Part shown: one piece after another, positions 27,083 through 36,554 of the stretch | Position numbering within the stretch: the first letter of the stretch is position 1 | How the letters are laid out: every line of letters starts with the position of its first letter | DNA from: Planctomycetota bacterium | GTDB lineage: Bacteria; Planctomycetota; B15-G4; SIAN01 | NCBI GenBank assembly: GCA_031409275.1 | Contig: JANNXA010000051.1 | Location: forward strand, 320,001-384,000 | DNA length: 64,000 nt | Direction of reading: 5' to 3' | Program-made: the position numbers and the translations under genes | Notes under the pieces: generated by a model | What the model was told of the DNA's origin: nothing | What the model saw: the letters and a program-made list of their open reading frames with translations, nothing else | Database searches by the model: none

Positions 27083-28353
27083 CGGAAGATCGTCTGGTCG
27101 CGCGCCGGGCCCACCGAGAGGATGGTGGCGCGCACCCGCAGGTAGTTCTCGACGAAATCGACGTACTCGCGCGCGGCGAGCGGCAGATCGGCGAAGCGCC
27201 GGATCCCGGTCAGCGGCTCGCTCCAGCCGGCGACCTTCTCGTAGCGCGGCTTCACTCGATCGAGCGGCGTCAGCCCGACCGGGAAGCGGTCGGTCAGCTG
27301 GCCGTCGATCTCGTACGCCGTGCACACCTGCAGCGACTCGTAGCCCGACAGCGTGTCGAGCTTGGTCAGCGCCAGTGAATCGACGCCGTTCACCTGCACC
27401 GCGAAGCGCGCGGCCACGCCGTCGAACCACCCGCATCGGCGCGGTCGACCGGTGGTGGCACCGTACTCCTCGCCCCGTTTGCGCAACGCCTCCGCCTCGG
27501 CGGGCGGCATCTCGGTCGGGAACGGCCCTTCGCCGACGCGAGTCGTGTACGCCTTCGCGACGGCGAGCACCTCGCCGACGCGTTTCGGCGGGATGCCCGT
27601 GCCCGCGGAGATGCCGAGCGCGGAGGAGTTGCTCGAGGTCACGAACGGATAGGTGCCGAAGTCGACGTCGAGCAGGATCCCCTGCGCGCCCTCGATGAAG
27701 ACGTACTGGCCGGCGTCGAGGCAGTCGCGCAACAGGTGGAAGGTGTCGGCGACATAGGGCTTCAGGCGGACGGCGTAAGCGCGGAACTCGGCGAGGATCG
27801 CATCGAAGTCGAGCGTCGGCGCGTGGTAGAGCGCTTCGAGGATGCGATTCTTCTCGATCACGTTGGCCCGCAGCCGCTCGGCGAAGCGCTTCTCGTCGAA
27901 GAGGTCGCCGACGCGCAAACCGGTGCGCGAGATCTTGTCGGCGTAGGCCGGCCCGATGCCGCGGCCGGTGGTGCCGATCTTGGTGCCGCCCTTCACTCCT
28001 TCCGAGGCGCGGTCGAGCGCCTTGTGATACGGGAAGACGAGGTGCGCGGCCGCCGAGACGAAGAGGCGGCCGTCGATGGCGATGCCGCGCTGAGAGAAAC
28101 CGTCGATCTCTTCGAGGAGTTGCCCCGCATCGAGGACGACGCCCGAGGCGATCACGTTGCGTTTGCCGGGGTGGAGGATGCCCGACGGCAGCAGATGGAA
28201 GACGAACTTCTCGGTCCCCACGACGACCGTGTGCCCGGCGTTTGCGCCGCCCTGGTAGCGCACGACGACATCGGCTCGCTCGGCGATCAGGTCGAGGATC
28301 TTCCCCTTGCCTTCATCGCCCCACTGGGCCCCGATCACGCTCAGAACGGGCAT
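27079..28353 (-). CDS. purA: Adenylosuccinate synthetase
   Basis: GAQWGDEGKGK, GGANAGHT, GTTGRGIGPAY, EGAQG, GTYPFVTSS, TTGRPRRCGWFD. Confidence 0.98.
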   Translation of the reverse strand: MPVLSVIGAQWGDEGKGKILDLIAERADVVVRYQGGANAGHTVVVGTEKFVFHLLPSGILHPGKRNVIASGVVLDAGQLLEEIDGFSQRGIAIDGRLFVSAAAHLVFPYHKALDRASEGVKGGTKIGTTGRGIGPAYADKISRTGLRVGDLFDEKRFAERLRANVIEKNRILEALYHAPTLDFDAILAEFRAYAVRLKPYVADTFHLLRDCLDAGQYVFIEGAQGILLDVDFGTYPFVTSSNSSALGISAGTGIPPKRVGEVLAVAKAYTTRVGEGPFPTEMPPAEAEALRKRGEEYGATTGRPRRCGWFDGVAARFAVQVNGVDSLALTKLDTLSGYESLQVCTAYEIDGQLTDRFPVGLTPLDRVKPRYEKVAGWSEPLTGIRRFADLPLAAREYVDFVENYLRVRATILSVGPARDQTIFR

Positions 28354-28624
28354 CTTGCGTCTTCCCGGCAGAGGCTCGCGACGCCGCGACCGCGATGGGT
28401 CGGGCCGCCACGGGCCAAAAGGGCGGCGATGCTAGGAGCACATCCGCCGTTTTCCATCGGCGAGCCCGCGACCGCCGCGGGGCACGCCACTCGGTCCGGG
28501 CGCCGCCTGAACGCGAACCCTTTTCCATCTGCGGGCCCGAGGGGCCTCCGCATCCCTGCGACGATCAAGCCGCGTCGGCACGCGGTTCGATGGGAGCGGC
28601 AACTCCTTGGATCAAGGTGCTGCC

Positions 28625-29197
28625 ATGGCCGACGATCAACCTCTCCGTCCCGCGAAACCAGCTTTACGATCCACCGCGAAGCCGGTGGCGCCCGCCGCTC
28701 CGAAGCCAACCGCGACCGTCACATCGTCGAAGGCGGCCGCGAAGCCGGCGGCCAACGCGCCACCGGCATCCGCCGACGACGATGATCGTCGGAAGGCGAC
28801 GCGGCTGCGCTCGCGGATGCTCGCCGATGGATTGATCCAATCGAGCACTCAGACCGGCGCCGCGTTCCTCGGCTCCACCGTGAACCTCTCGCTCGGGGGC
28901 GCGCTCGTGCGCACCTATGAGACGCTCGAAGCGGGGATGAAGCTGGCCCTTCACTTCCGCCTGCCGGAAGGCGACCTCGCCGCGGTCGGCGTCGTCCAGC
29001 ACGTCGCGGTCGATCCGATCGGGTGCCGTCTCGCCGGCGTTCGTTTCGACCCGCTGCCCGATGCGAGCCTGACGCTCCTCTCCGCCCACCTCCACAGCGT
29101 GGAGCCCGCGGCGGAGAGCGGAGTCGGTGAGATGGCGAAACTCGGCAACGGGCTGCTGGCCGTTTCCGGCCGCATCCAGGGCGGAAGCGCCAAGTAA
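28625..29197 (+). CDS. PilZ-domain protein with Pro/Ala/Lys-rich N-terminal extension
   Basis: RRKATR (RxxxR) and NLSLGG (D/NxSxxG) c-di-GMP motifs; GVRF. Confidence 0.85.
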   Translation: MADDQPLRPAKPALRSTAKPVAPAAPKPTATVTSSKAAAKPAANAPPASADDDDRRKATRLRSRMLADGLIQSSTQTGAAFLGSTVNLSLGGALVRTYETLEAGMKLALHFRLPEGDLAAVGVVQHVAVDPIGCRLAGVRFDPLPDASLTLLSAHLHSVEPAAESGVGEMAKLGNGLLAVSGRIQGGSAK

Positions 29198-29254
29198 CGC
29201 CATCGGCCGAGGCAGCGCGCGCTCGAGCGGCGCGCGGCCTCGGCGTCGAACGGC

Positions 29255-29581
29255 TCACGCGGAGAAGGACTTCCCGCAGCCGCAACCGCCGCTGGCGTTG
29301 GGGTTCTTCACCGTGAAGCCCGACTGGCCGGTCATGCTCTCGACCCAGTCGATCTGCACGCCATTCAGGTAGGGCATGCTCATCGGGTCGATGACCACCT
29401 CGAAGTCACGTAGCGGGGTGACTTCATCGCCCGGCTGCTTCTCGGAGAAGGTAAAGCCGTACTGGAACCCGGAGCAGCCGCCGCCCTGGACGAAGACGCG
29501 CAGCGCCTTGCCCTTGAGCTGCTGATCCTGCTCGATGAATCCCTTGACGGCCTTCTGTGCATTGTCGGAGAGGGTCACCAT
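29255..29581 (-). CDS. A-type Fe-S cluster carrier (HesB/IscA/ErpA family)
   Basis: GGGCSGFQYG and NPNASGGCGCGKSF; ATG 29581. Confidence 0.95.
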   Translation of the reverse strand: MVTLSDNAQKAVKGFIEQDQQLKGKALRVFVQGGGCSGFQYGFTFSEKQPGDEVTPLRDFEVVIDPMSMPYLNGVQIDWVESMTGQSGFTVKNPNASGGCGCGKSFSA

Positions 29582-29664
29582 GAAGGGACCTCCGTCGGGT
29601 TGCGTCGCCGGTCGATCGAAGTCTGCCGTTCGACCTTGCGTCTGGTGGTTTGGATGGCGTCTTT

Positions 29665-32007
29665 CTAGGGACGCGCGGAGGAGCCTGCAAGCGGAGCGGC
29701 CTGGGGCACCGCTCCCGCCTCGGGCGCCCGATTGGCGAGCGGCTCCACCGGGGCGCACGTCCGCTGGATCGCGGTTCGGATCGAGTCGAGGGAAAACGGC
29801 TTGTTCAGCACCGAGTTGCCATCTTGCTGCGCGACGCGCACCACCTCGTTCGACAACGAATCGCCGGTGAGGAAGACCACGCGGCCGCGGTAGTCGGCGC
29901 GCCGCTCGACGAGCTGCTCGTAGAGCTCGGCGCCGCCCTGCCCGGGCATCCGCCAGTCGGAGAAGACGAGGTCGAAGTCCTCGCGCTCCACTTCGGCGAG
30001 CGCGTCGACGACGTTCGTGGCAGTGACCACCGTGTGGCCGTCGCTGCGCAGGAAGCTCTGCATCAGCTCGAGGATGATCGGCTCGTCATCGACGACCAGG
30101 ATCCGCGAGTGGGCGATCGGCAGCGCCTTGGTCGCCTCGGTGATGATCGCCGCGCTCCCGGCGGGCTGCGCGACGATCGGGAGGTCGAACCGGAAGGTCG
30201 TCCCCTCGCCGGGACGACTGGTTGCGGCGAGCGTGCCGCCATGCTCGCGCACGATGCCGTAGCTGAGGGAGAGCCCGAGCCCCGTCCCTTTGCCGACTCC
30301 CTTGGTCGTGAAGAACGGGTCGAAGATGCGGCGCAGCACGTGCTCCGGCATCCCGCAGCCGTTGTCCTCGACTTCGAGCACGAGCCGGCCGCTCTCGCAG
30401 CGCGATCGCAGCTTCACGACGCCGGGTCGTTTGGATTCGCCGATCGCGTGCTGCGCGTTGGTCAGCAGGTTGATCAGGACCTGCTGCAGCTGGAACGAGT
30501 CCATCATCGAGTCGGGCAACGCGGGATCGAGTTCGGTGTCGACGCGCACGTTCGCCAAGCGCATCTGGTAGCCGAGCAGGTCGACGGTCGACTGCACCAC
30601 TTCGTTCAAGTTGGCGCGCACGCGTTCGGCCTGGTGGCGGCGCGCGAACTTGAGCAGACCATCGATGATCCGCTTGCAGCGCTGCGCATGCGTGAAGATG
30701 TGGCGCACCTCCTCCTTCTGCTCTTCGGGGAGGTTCTCGCTCAAGAGGAGCTGCGCGAAGCCGAAGACGGCGGTGAGCGGGTTGTTGAGCTCGTGCGCGA
30801 CGCCCGACACGAGTTCCCCGATCGCGGAGAGCTTCTCGTTCTGCGCCACCTGCGTTTCGAGCCGCTTGAGCTCCGTCACGTCGCGGACCACGACCACGGT
30901 GCCGAGCAGCCGATCGTCGAGCGCGCGGATCGGCGACAACGCCAGCGTGACCACGCGCTCCTGGCCGTCGCGGCCGCGCAGCTTCGATTCGGCATCCCAG
31001 GGCATGAACTCGCGCAGCGCGCGCACGAACGACTCGCGGCCGGCCTCCTCGGCGAACGGCAGCACCTCGCCGTCGATCGGGGTCGGCCCGTCCTGCAGCG
31101 GGCCGAACATCGCCTCGGCGGAGCGATTGCGATGGCGCAGCTCGCCGCGCAGCCCGAGCGTCAGCACCGGATCGACGACGCTGTTCACCACGTCGTGGAG
31201 GAGGCTCGCGCGATCCTCCGACTCGGCATGCGCCGAGACGTCACGGATCTGCTGCAGGAGCTTCCCCGAGAAGCCGCGCGGGCCGAACAGCGGGAACGTC
31301 GTCACCTCGTAGCGCCGCGCGCCGCGTTCGTCGCGGACGAGCTCGAACCGCGGCTTGCGCTTGTTCCACGCCTGCGTGACCGTGCAAGCGGCGCACTCCT
31401 GGTGGCCGAGGTAGGCCTCGCAGCAGGTGCGGCCGAGGATCGTGTCGCCGAACGCCTGGATGGCGGCGCGATTGGCGGCGACCACGCGACGCCCCTCGCC
31501 GATCACCACCAGCGGATCGGGCATCGACTCGAAGAAGCTCTCGAGGTACTCCTCCGAGCTCTCCAACAGGTCGAAGACCTTGCGCCGCTCCATGCGGTCG
31601 ATCGCGAACAGCATCATCACGGTGCCGATCGTCTTCAGCATCAGTTCGGGAACGACGTCGGAGTGGAACAGGCCGAGCAGGCAGCCGCCGGCGCCGGCCA
31701 GCAGCAGCACCGAACCGAGCAGAAGGAGCGGGTGGTTCGAATCGAGCGTCCGCGCCCGGACTCGCTGTACCGCGAAGCTGATGATGCCGGCGACGGTGAT
31801 GATGTTCAGCGTCACCTCGGCGAGACGCGCGTGGTGCTGCGCGAAGAGGCTCTCGAACGCGAGCCCCGCGAGGAACATCAGCGGCAGCGAGATCGCGCTC
31901 CAGCCGTCGTGTTCAGGACGCAGCAGCGGCCGCAGTCGGCCCGGGTGGGCGCGCAGCTTCAGCGCGATCTCGTGGCCTTGTTCGGTGGTTCGCGCGCGGT
32001 CCGCCAT
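29665..32007 (-). CDS. Membrane-bound hybrid sensor histidine kinase (TM-PAS-PAS-HisKA-HATPase-REC)
   Basis: GVAHELNNPL, INLLTNA, EDNGCGM, FDPFFTTK...GTGLGLS; receiver VVDDE...SDWRMP...KPF; start uncertain. Confidence 0.92.
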   Translation of the reverse strand: MADRARTTEQGHEIALKLRAHPGRLRPLLRPEHDGWSAISLPLMFLAGLAFESLFAQHHARLAEVTLNIITVAGIISFAVQRVRARTLDSNHPLLLLGSVLLLAGAGGCLLGLFHSDVVPELMLKTIGTVMMLFAIDRMERRKVFDLLESSEEYLESFFESMPDPLVVIGEGRRVVAANRAAIQAFGDTILGRTCCEAYLGHQECAACTVTQAWNKRKPRFELVRDERGARRYEVTTFPLFGPRGFSGKLLQQIRDVSAHAESEDRASLLHDVVNSVVDPVLTLGLRGELRHRNRSAEAMFGPLQDGPTPIDGEVLPFAEEAGRESFVRALREFMPWDAESKLRGRDGQERVVTLALSPIRALDDRLLGTVVVVRDVTELKRLETQVAQNEKLSAIGELVSGVAHELNNPLTAVFGFAQLLLSENLPEEQKEEVRHIFTHAQRCKRIIDGLLKFARRHQAERVRANLNEVVQSTVDLLGYQMRLANVRVDTELDPALPDSMMDSFQLQQVLINLLTNAQHAIGESKRPGVVKLRSRCESGRLVLEVEDNGCGMPEHVLRRIFDPFFTTKGVGKGTGLGLSLSYGIVREHGGTLAATSRPGEGTTFRFDLPIVAQPAGSAAIITEATKALPIAHSRILVVDDEPIILELMQSFLRSDGHTVVTATNVVDALAEVEREDFDLVFSDWRMPGQGGAELYEQLVERRADYRGRVVFLTGDSLSNEVVRVAQQDGNSVLNKPFSLDSIRTAIQRTCAPVEPLANRAPEAGAVPQAAPLAGSSARP

Positions 32008-32161
32008 CCTGCCCATCCCCTCGCGAGCATTTCGCTCGCTCGCGGGAACGCTTCGGACGCGCGTCGAAACGACTTGACGCGAGTCGGCGGACGGGGCGCG
32101 CCGCGGCGCGGATGGGAACTCTCTTCCGGCCGGAACCGCTTCCCGAGCCGCGGGCGCGTGC

Positions 32162-32671
32162 TCAGGGCGACCGCTCGACGCGCGGCAGAGTCGTCGACAC
32201 GACACGGGCATCGAGGTCGTAGGTGAGCACCCGGCCGCAGATCTCGTCGAGCAGGATCCCCTCGACCACGACGTCCGAGCCGAGGTCGACCCAGCACACC
32301 GGCGGATCCTCGGAGGCATCGAACTCGCGACGCGACATCGGCGCGATCAGCGCGAGTTCGAGCAGGCCGTCGTGCTCGGTCACGTCGACGTAGCACTGCT
32401 GGCGCAGCACCTTTCCGCGGATCGTCTCCTCGATCAGACCGGTCTCGATCTTCCCGGCCTTCGCATCGATGTGGATCCTGGTGCCGCCGTAGTGCGACAC
32501 CACGACTTCGCGGCAGCTGCCGAACACGAGGTCACGATCGACGTCGGAAAAGGTGACCCGTTTCCACGACAGCTCGGGCGCGCAGCGGCAGCCCGCCAGC
32601 AGCACCATCACCGCGCACGTCGCGATCGCAGCCGGGACTCCAGCCGGGACTCTCCGATCGACCTGCGCCAT
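32162..32671 (-). CDS. Hypothetical lipoprotein
   Basis: Lipobox LAGC after a hydrophobic stretch; GGAG SD 7 nt before ATG 32671; co-oriented with the Rieske gene. Confidence 0.65.
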   Translation of the reverse strand: MAQVDRRVPAGVPAAIATCAVMVLLAGCRCAPELSWKRVTFSDVDRDLVFGSCREVVVSHYGGTRIHIDAKAGKIETGLIEETIRGKVLRQQCYVDVTEHDGLLELALIAPMSRREFDASEDPPVCWVDLGSDVVVEGILLDEICGRVLTYDLDARVVSTTLPRVERSP

Positions 32672-32686
32672 GGACACGCTCCAGCG

Positions 32687-32992
32687 TCAAACCTCGACGT
32701 AGAGGGTCGTCCCTTCGACGCTGGTCGGGTAGCTCGCGACGCAGACGGCCGGATTGCGCGTCGACTTGCCGGTGGTGCAGTCGAACTGCCAACCGTGCCA
32801 CGGACAGGTCACCGTCGTCCCCATCAGCGGACCGTCGGCGAGCGGACCGCCGCGATGCGGGCAGCTGTTGTCGATGGCGAGGAACGTGCCGTCGATCTGG
32901 AACAGGGCGATCGCACGGCCCTCCACTTCGACCGCACGTCCGCGACCTGCCGTGAATTCAGAGACATCTGCGACCGCGTGGCGGCTGGCCAT
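32687..32992 (-). CDS. Rieske [2Fe-2S] ferredoxin (NirD/dioxygenase-ferredoxin-like)
   Basis: CPHRGGPL and CPWHGWQFD. Confidence 0.93.
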   Translation of the reverse strand: MASRHAVADVSEFTAGRGRAVEVEGRAIALFQIDGTFLAIDNSCPHRGGPLADGPLMGTTVTCPWHGWQFDCTTGKSTRNPAVCVASYPTSVEGTTLYVEV

Positions 32993-33057
32993 GAGAGGAT
33001 CCTGTGGCTGAGTCGGCGCCCGATGCGGGCGTCGCGGCGCAGAGGTCTAGCAATCGG

Positions 33058-33906
33058 TCACCGCAGGGCGAAGAGGCGACGCAGCGCGGCCACCACCGCG
33101 CGCGGGCCATCGCCGGACAGGCACTCACGCGCGGCGGCACGCGCCGCGGCGCTCGAATCGGGCGCGGCCAACGAATGGCCGGCGCCCCGCAGCAGTTCGA
33201 CGTCGTTGTTGTCGTCCCCGACCGCGACGATCGCCGAGGCGTCGATGGCGGCGCGCTGCGCGACCCAGGCGACTCCGCTCCATTTGTCCGCGCTGCGCGC
33301 AAGGAACTCGGCGCGATGGCCGTCGACCGCCAGTTCCTCCTGCACGAAGCCGCGCACGGCGCCGCGCTGCTCGTTCTCCACGGTGCGCACCAGCTGCAGC
33401 AGGTCGGACTCGCGGCCGTGCGTCACGACGCGGAGCACCGCCTCGGCGCCGGCGGCCAGCGGTGGCCGCATCGTCTGGCAATGGCCGGCGGCGTAGCGCG
33501 CATACCAGCCGAGAAAACCGGTCGGATCGGGAGCGCCGACCGCCCAGACGATCTCGCGCGGCCCGGGCGGCGCATCGGTGAAGAGGACCGGAGCGAAGCC
33601 GTGCAGCTCGAGCCGATCGATCAAGGCGCTCACGCATGGAGGCGCCAACGCCTGCAGCGCGAGCGTCGTCGAGCTCGCGATGTCGGCGATCTGACCGCCG
33701 TTGTGGACCACGCAGGCGCCGGAAAGGCGGGCGCGCCGCAAGTGCGGCAATGCGCTCTGCAGACGGCGTCCGGTGGCCGCGACCACGAGGACGCCGCTCT
33801 CGGCGAGCGCGTGCAGGAAGGCGGCGCTTTCGGCGGCGAGCTGTCCGTCCGCCTCGAGCAGCGTCCCGTCGAGATCGAATGCGAGCATGCGGTAGGGCGC
33901 GACCAT
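33058..33906 (-). CDS. Cof-type HAD-IIB hydrolase
   Basis: FDLDGTLL, ATGR, HNGG, DKWSG and VGDDNNDVELL. Confidence 0.92.
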   Translation of the reverse strand: MVAPYRMLAFDLDGTLLEADGQLAAESAAFLHALAESGVLVVAATGRRLQSALPHLRRARLSGACVVHNGGQIADIASSTTLALQALAPPCVSALIDRLELHGFAPVLFTDAPPGPREIVWAVGAPDPTGFLGWYARYAAGHCQTMRPPLAAGAEAVLRVVTHGRESDLLQLVRTVENEQRGAVRGFVQEELAVDGHRAEFLARSADKWSGVAWVAQRAAIDASAIVAVGDDNNDVELLRGAGHSLAAPDSSAAARAAARECLSGDGPRAVVAALRRLFALR

Positions 33907-33971
33907 CGAGGCGAGCCTATCATCCGGCCCGCTTCGACCGACCGGACACGCGCACTCGCCAGGAGTCCGAC

Positions 33972-36554
33972 ATGCCTCTTCGCCCGCTGCTTGCGACGTT
34001 CCTCGCGCTTGGTAGCGCACCGTTGTCGCCGTCCATCCTGGCGCCGCTGCCGATCGCCCTGCATGGCGCGTCACCGCAGTGGATCGCCATCGAGCCGGTC
34101 CGCAACGAGGATGAGGTGCAGCTGCTCGCGCGGCAGTTCGATCTGCGCGGCTGCTTCCAGGGCCTCGCGCTGGCGCTCGGCGATGCCAGCGACCTGGCGC
34201 GCGCTCGCACCAGCTACCCCGGCAGCCGCTCGCTCGGAGCGTTCGCGGCGGACGAACGGCTCTTCGCGTTGACGCTGCTCCCGGGCGAGTCGCTGCGACC
34301 CGTCGCCGGCCTGCGAGTGCTCGACCTGCAGGCGACTCAGGCGCTGATCGCGGTGCCGGCGCCGCTTGGCGTCGATCTCTGCGACCTCGTGCTGAACCGG
34401 ACACGCGAGCCGTTCCACGACGGCGTCATCGCGGTGCCGACGCGGCGAATGAGCCCCGCCCGCGGCTCACGCCACGCGCCGTCGCCGACGACCCGCCGCG
34501 CGCCCGCCGTCGCCGACCCGCGCGTCACGGCGCTGGTCAACGGCGTCACGCAGGCCAATCTCGACGCGGACGTGAACTACTACTCGAACAACTTCCACAC
34601 GCGCCGATCCGATCAGACCGGCGGCACCAACGCGCAGAACGATCTGCTCGCGCGCTTGCAGGCGCTCGGGCTCGCGGCCTCGCTGCACAGCTTCGATGGC
34701 AACGCCGACAACGTCATCGCGGATCTGCCCGGCGCGCTCGAACCCGCGAAAGTCGTGATCGTCGGCGCGCACTACGACACGATCAACTACGCCGGCCCGG
34801 CCACTCGCGCTCCCGGCGCCGACGACAACGGATCGGGCACCGCTGCCGTGCTGGAGCTGGCGCGGATCTTCGCGGCCTCGGGACAGCAGTTCCGCTACAC
34901 AGTGCGCTTCTGCCTCTTCTCGTCCGAAGAGTTCGGGCTCGTCGGCAGCGACGCCTATTCGCAAGACCTGGTGAACCAGGGCGTCGAAGTCATCGCGATG
35001 CTGAACACCGACATGAACGCGTATCGCGACCCGACCGACACGCTCGACCTCGACTTCGTGACCAACGACACGACCACTTGGCTCACTGACGATCTCGAGC
35101 AGATCTCGCTGCTCTACGTGCCGACGCTGCCGGTCGTGAAGAAGTCGCTCGGCGGCGGCACCAGCGACCACAAGAGCTTCTATTACGACGGCTACCCGGC
35201 GGCTTTCTACTTCGAGGATGTCGACCACTATTCGCCCTACATCCATGGGTCCGGCGACACCTACGGCGTGAGCGCGAACGACTTCGTGCTGGCCGAGCTG
35301 ATCGTGAAGTCGGTCGCCGCAGGGCTCGGGACCTACGCCGAGCCGATCGACATGACCGTCGTTCATGCGCCGATCGCCGGCAGCGCCGATTCGTGGAACC
35401 CCTACGCCGCTCGCGCCACCGTCACCTCGAACACCAGCGCGGCGCCGACTTCGTGCGAGCTGCAGTGGGATGCGGGCGCCGGCCTCGTCGTCACGCCGAT
35501 GACCCCGACCGCGCTTGCGGATGAGTGGGTCGGCGAGATCGCGGCGCAACCGGCCGGCACCACCATCCGCTACGCCCTGCTCGCCACCGACAGCAGCGGC
35601 AACACCGAACGCCTTCCGAGCCTCGGCGACTTCACCTTCCAGGTCGGACAGCCGCAGCGCTTCTACTTCGAGGACTTCGAGAGCGGCGCCACCGGCTGGA
35701 CGCACGGCAGCACCAACGACGACTGGCAGCTCGGCACTCCAGCCGGCAAGAGCACCGATCCGAACGCCGCCTACGCGGGCACGAAAGCGTACGGCACCGA
35801 CCTCGGCGGCAGCGGCTTCAACGGCGAGTACCGCGCCAACGCCAACTGCTACCTGCTCTCCCCCACCATCGATGCCAGCGCACAGGACCATGTTCACCTG
35901 CGCTACGCGCGCTGGCTCGGCGTCGAGGATGGCGTCTACGACCAGGCCGAGATCCGCGTCAACGGCGTGCTGCAGTGGAGCAATCCGGTCGGCGGCGGCA
36001 GCGATCACCTGATCGACGACGCGTGGTCGCTGCAGAATCTCGACGTCTCTTCGATCGCCGATGGGAACGCCGCCGTCGCGGTCCGGTTCAAGATGGTGAG
36101 CGATGGCGGCTTGCAGTTCGGCGGCTGGAACGTCGACGACCTCGAGCTCTACAGCCTGGCCGCCGGCACCGAACCGGAGCTCTGGCGCGACACCGGCTAC
36201 CTGTCGCTGGCCGCCGGCGGCACTTCGCAGCTGCAGCTCAACCTCGGCGCCGGCTTCGCGAACCGCAACTACGTCGTCCTCGCTGGCGTCTCCGGCACCG
36301 CGCCCGGCTTCCAGTTCGGCAAGGTGCATGTCGACCTCAACTACGACGCGATCACCCAACTCGCGCTCGGTCTGCTGCCCTTCCTTCCAGGCTTCCTCGG
36401 CACGCTCGACGCGAACGGTCGCGCCAACGCGACCGTCGACCTCGATCCGGGCACCGACCCCGCCTTCGCGGGCATGACGCTGAACCTGGTGGCGGTCACG
36501 CTCGCCAAGAGCGACCACGCGACGACGCCGATCGCCATCGAGCTCGTTCCGTGA
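33972..36554 (+). CDS. Secreted M28-family aminopeptidase with Ig-like, jelly-roll and C-terminal accessory domains
   Basis: AGGAG SD and signal peptide; VGAHYD, GADDNGSG, SEEFGLVGS, LNTDM, SDH and YIH; later FEDFESG...W...WQLG and GWNVDDL. Confidence 0.9.
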   Translation: MPLRPLLATFLALGSAPLSPSILAPLPIALHGASPQWIAIEPVRNEDEVQLLARQFDLRGCFQGLALALGDASDLARARTSYPGSRSLGAFAADERLFALTLLPGESLRPVAGLRVLDLQATQALIAVPAPLGVDLCDLVLNRTREPFHDGVIAVPTRRMSPARGSRHAPSPTTRRAPAVADPRVTALVNGVTQANLDADVNYYSNNFHTRRSDQTGGTNAQNDLLARLQALGLAASLHSFDGNADNVIADLPGALEPAKVVIVGAHYDTINYAGPATRAPGADDNGSGTAAVLELARIFAASGQQFRYTVRFCLFSSEEFGLVGSDAYSQDLVNQGVEVIAMLNTDMNAYRDPTDTLDLDFVTNDTTTWLTDDLEQISLLYVPTLPVVKKSLGGGTSDHKSFYYDGYPAAFYFEDVDHYSPYIHGSGDTYGVSANDFVLAELIVKSVAAGLGTYAEPIDMTVVHAPIAGSADSWNPYAARATVTSNTSAAPTSCELQWDAGAGLVVTPMTPTALADEWVGEIAAQPAGTTIRYALLATDSSGNTERLPSLGDFTFQVGQPQRFYFEDFESGATGWTHGSTNDDWQLGTPAGKSTDPNAAYAGTKAYGTDLGGSGFNGEYRANANCYLLSPTIDASAQDHVHLRYARWLGVEDGVYDQAEIRVNGVLQWSNPVGGGSDHLIDDAWSLQNLDVSSIADGNAAVAVRFKMVSDGGLQFGGWNVDDLELYSLAAGTEPELWRDTGYLSLAAGGTSQLQLNLGAGFANRNYVVLAGVSGTAPGFQFGKVHVDLNYDAITQLALGLLPFLPGFLGTLDANGRANATVDLDPGTDPAFAGMTLNLVAVTLAKSDHATTPIAIELVP

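Noticed and set aside
26234..27436. ORF-track N-terminal extensions on cdsA, and likewise on the HAD, M28, MerR, PilO-like, LpoB-like and kinase genes
   Set aside because: They overlap neighbouring genes or promoters; better starts have an SD, a stop/start overlap or a -10 box.
28354..28430. Possible purine/ZTP/PRPP riboswitch in the purA leader
   Set aside because: The leader is short (about 70 nt from the -10 box) and lacks recognisable aptamer consensus.
28575..28590. Sigma-54-like site TCGGCACGCGGTTCGA upstream of the PilZ gene
   Set aside because: The -24 element fits but the -12 GC is replaced by GA; I found no convincing sigma-54 promoter next to the activator either.
32629..32652. 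Perfect 12-bp tandem duplication CAGCCGGGACTC x2
   Set aside because: In frame, only two copies, inside a signal-peptide n-region; probably a neutral slippage event.
35525..36550. Apparent 340-aa N-terminal extension making MutS a 1243-aa fusion
   Set aside because: The extension is an alternative frame of the M28 gene and is Arg-rich nonsense; MutS homology starts at the GTGA overlap at 36551.
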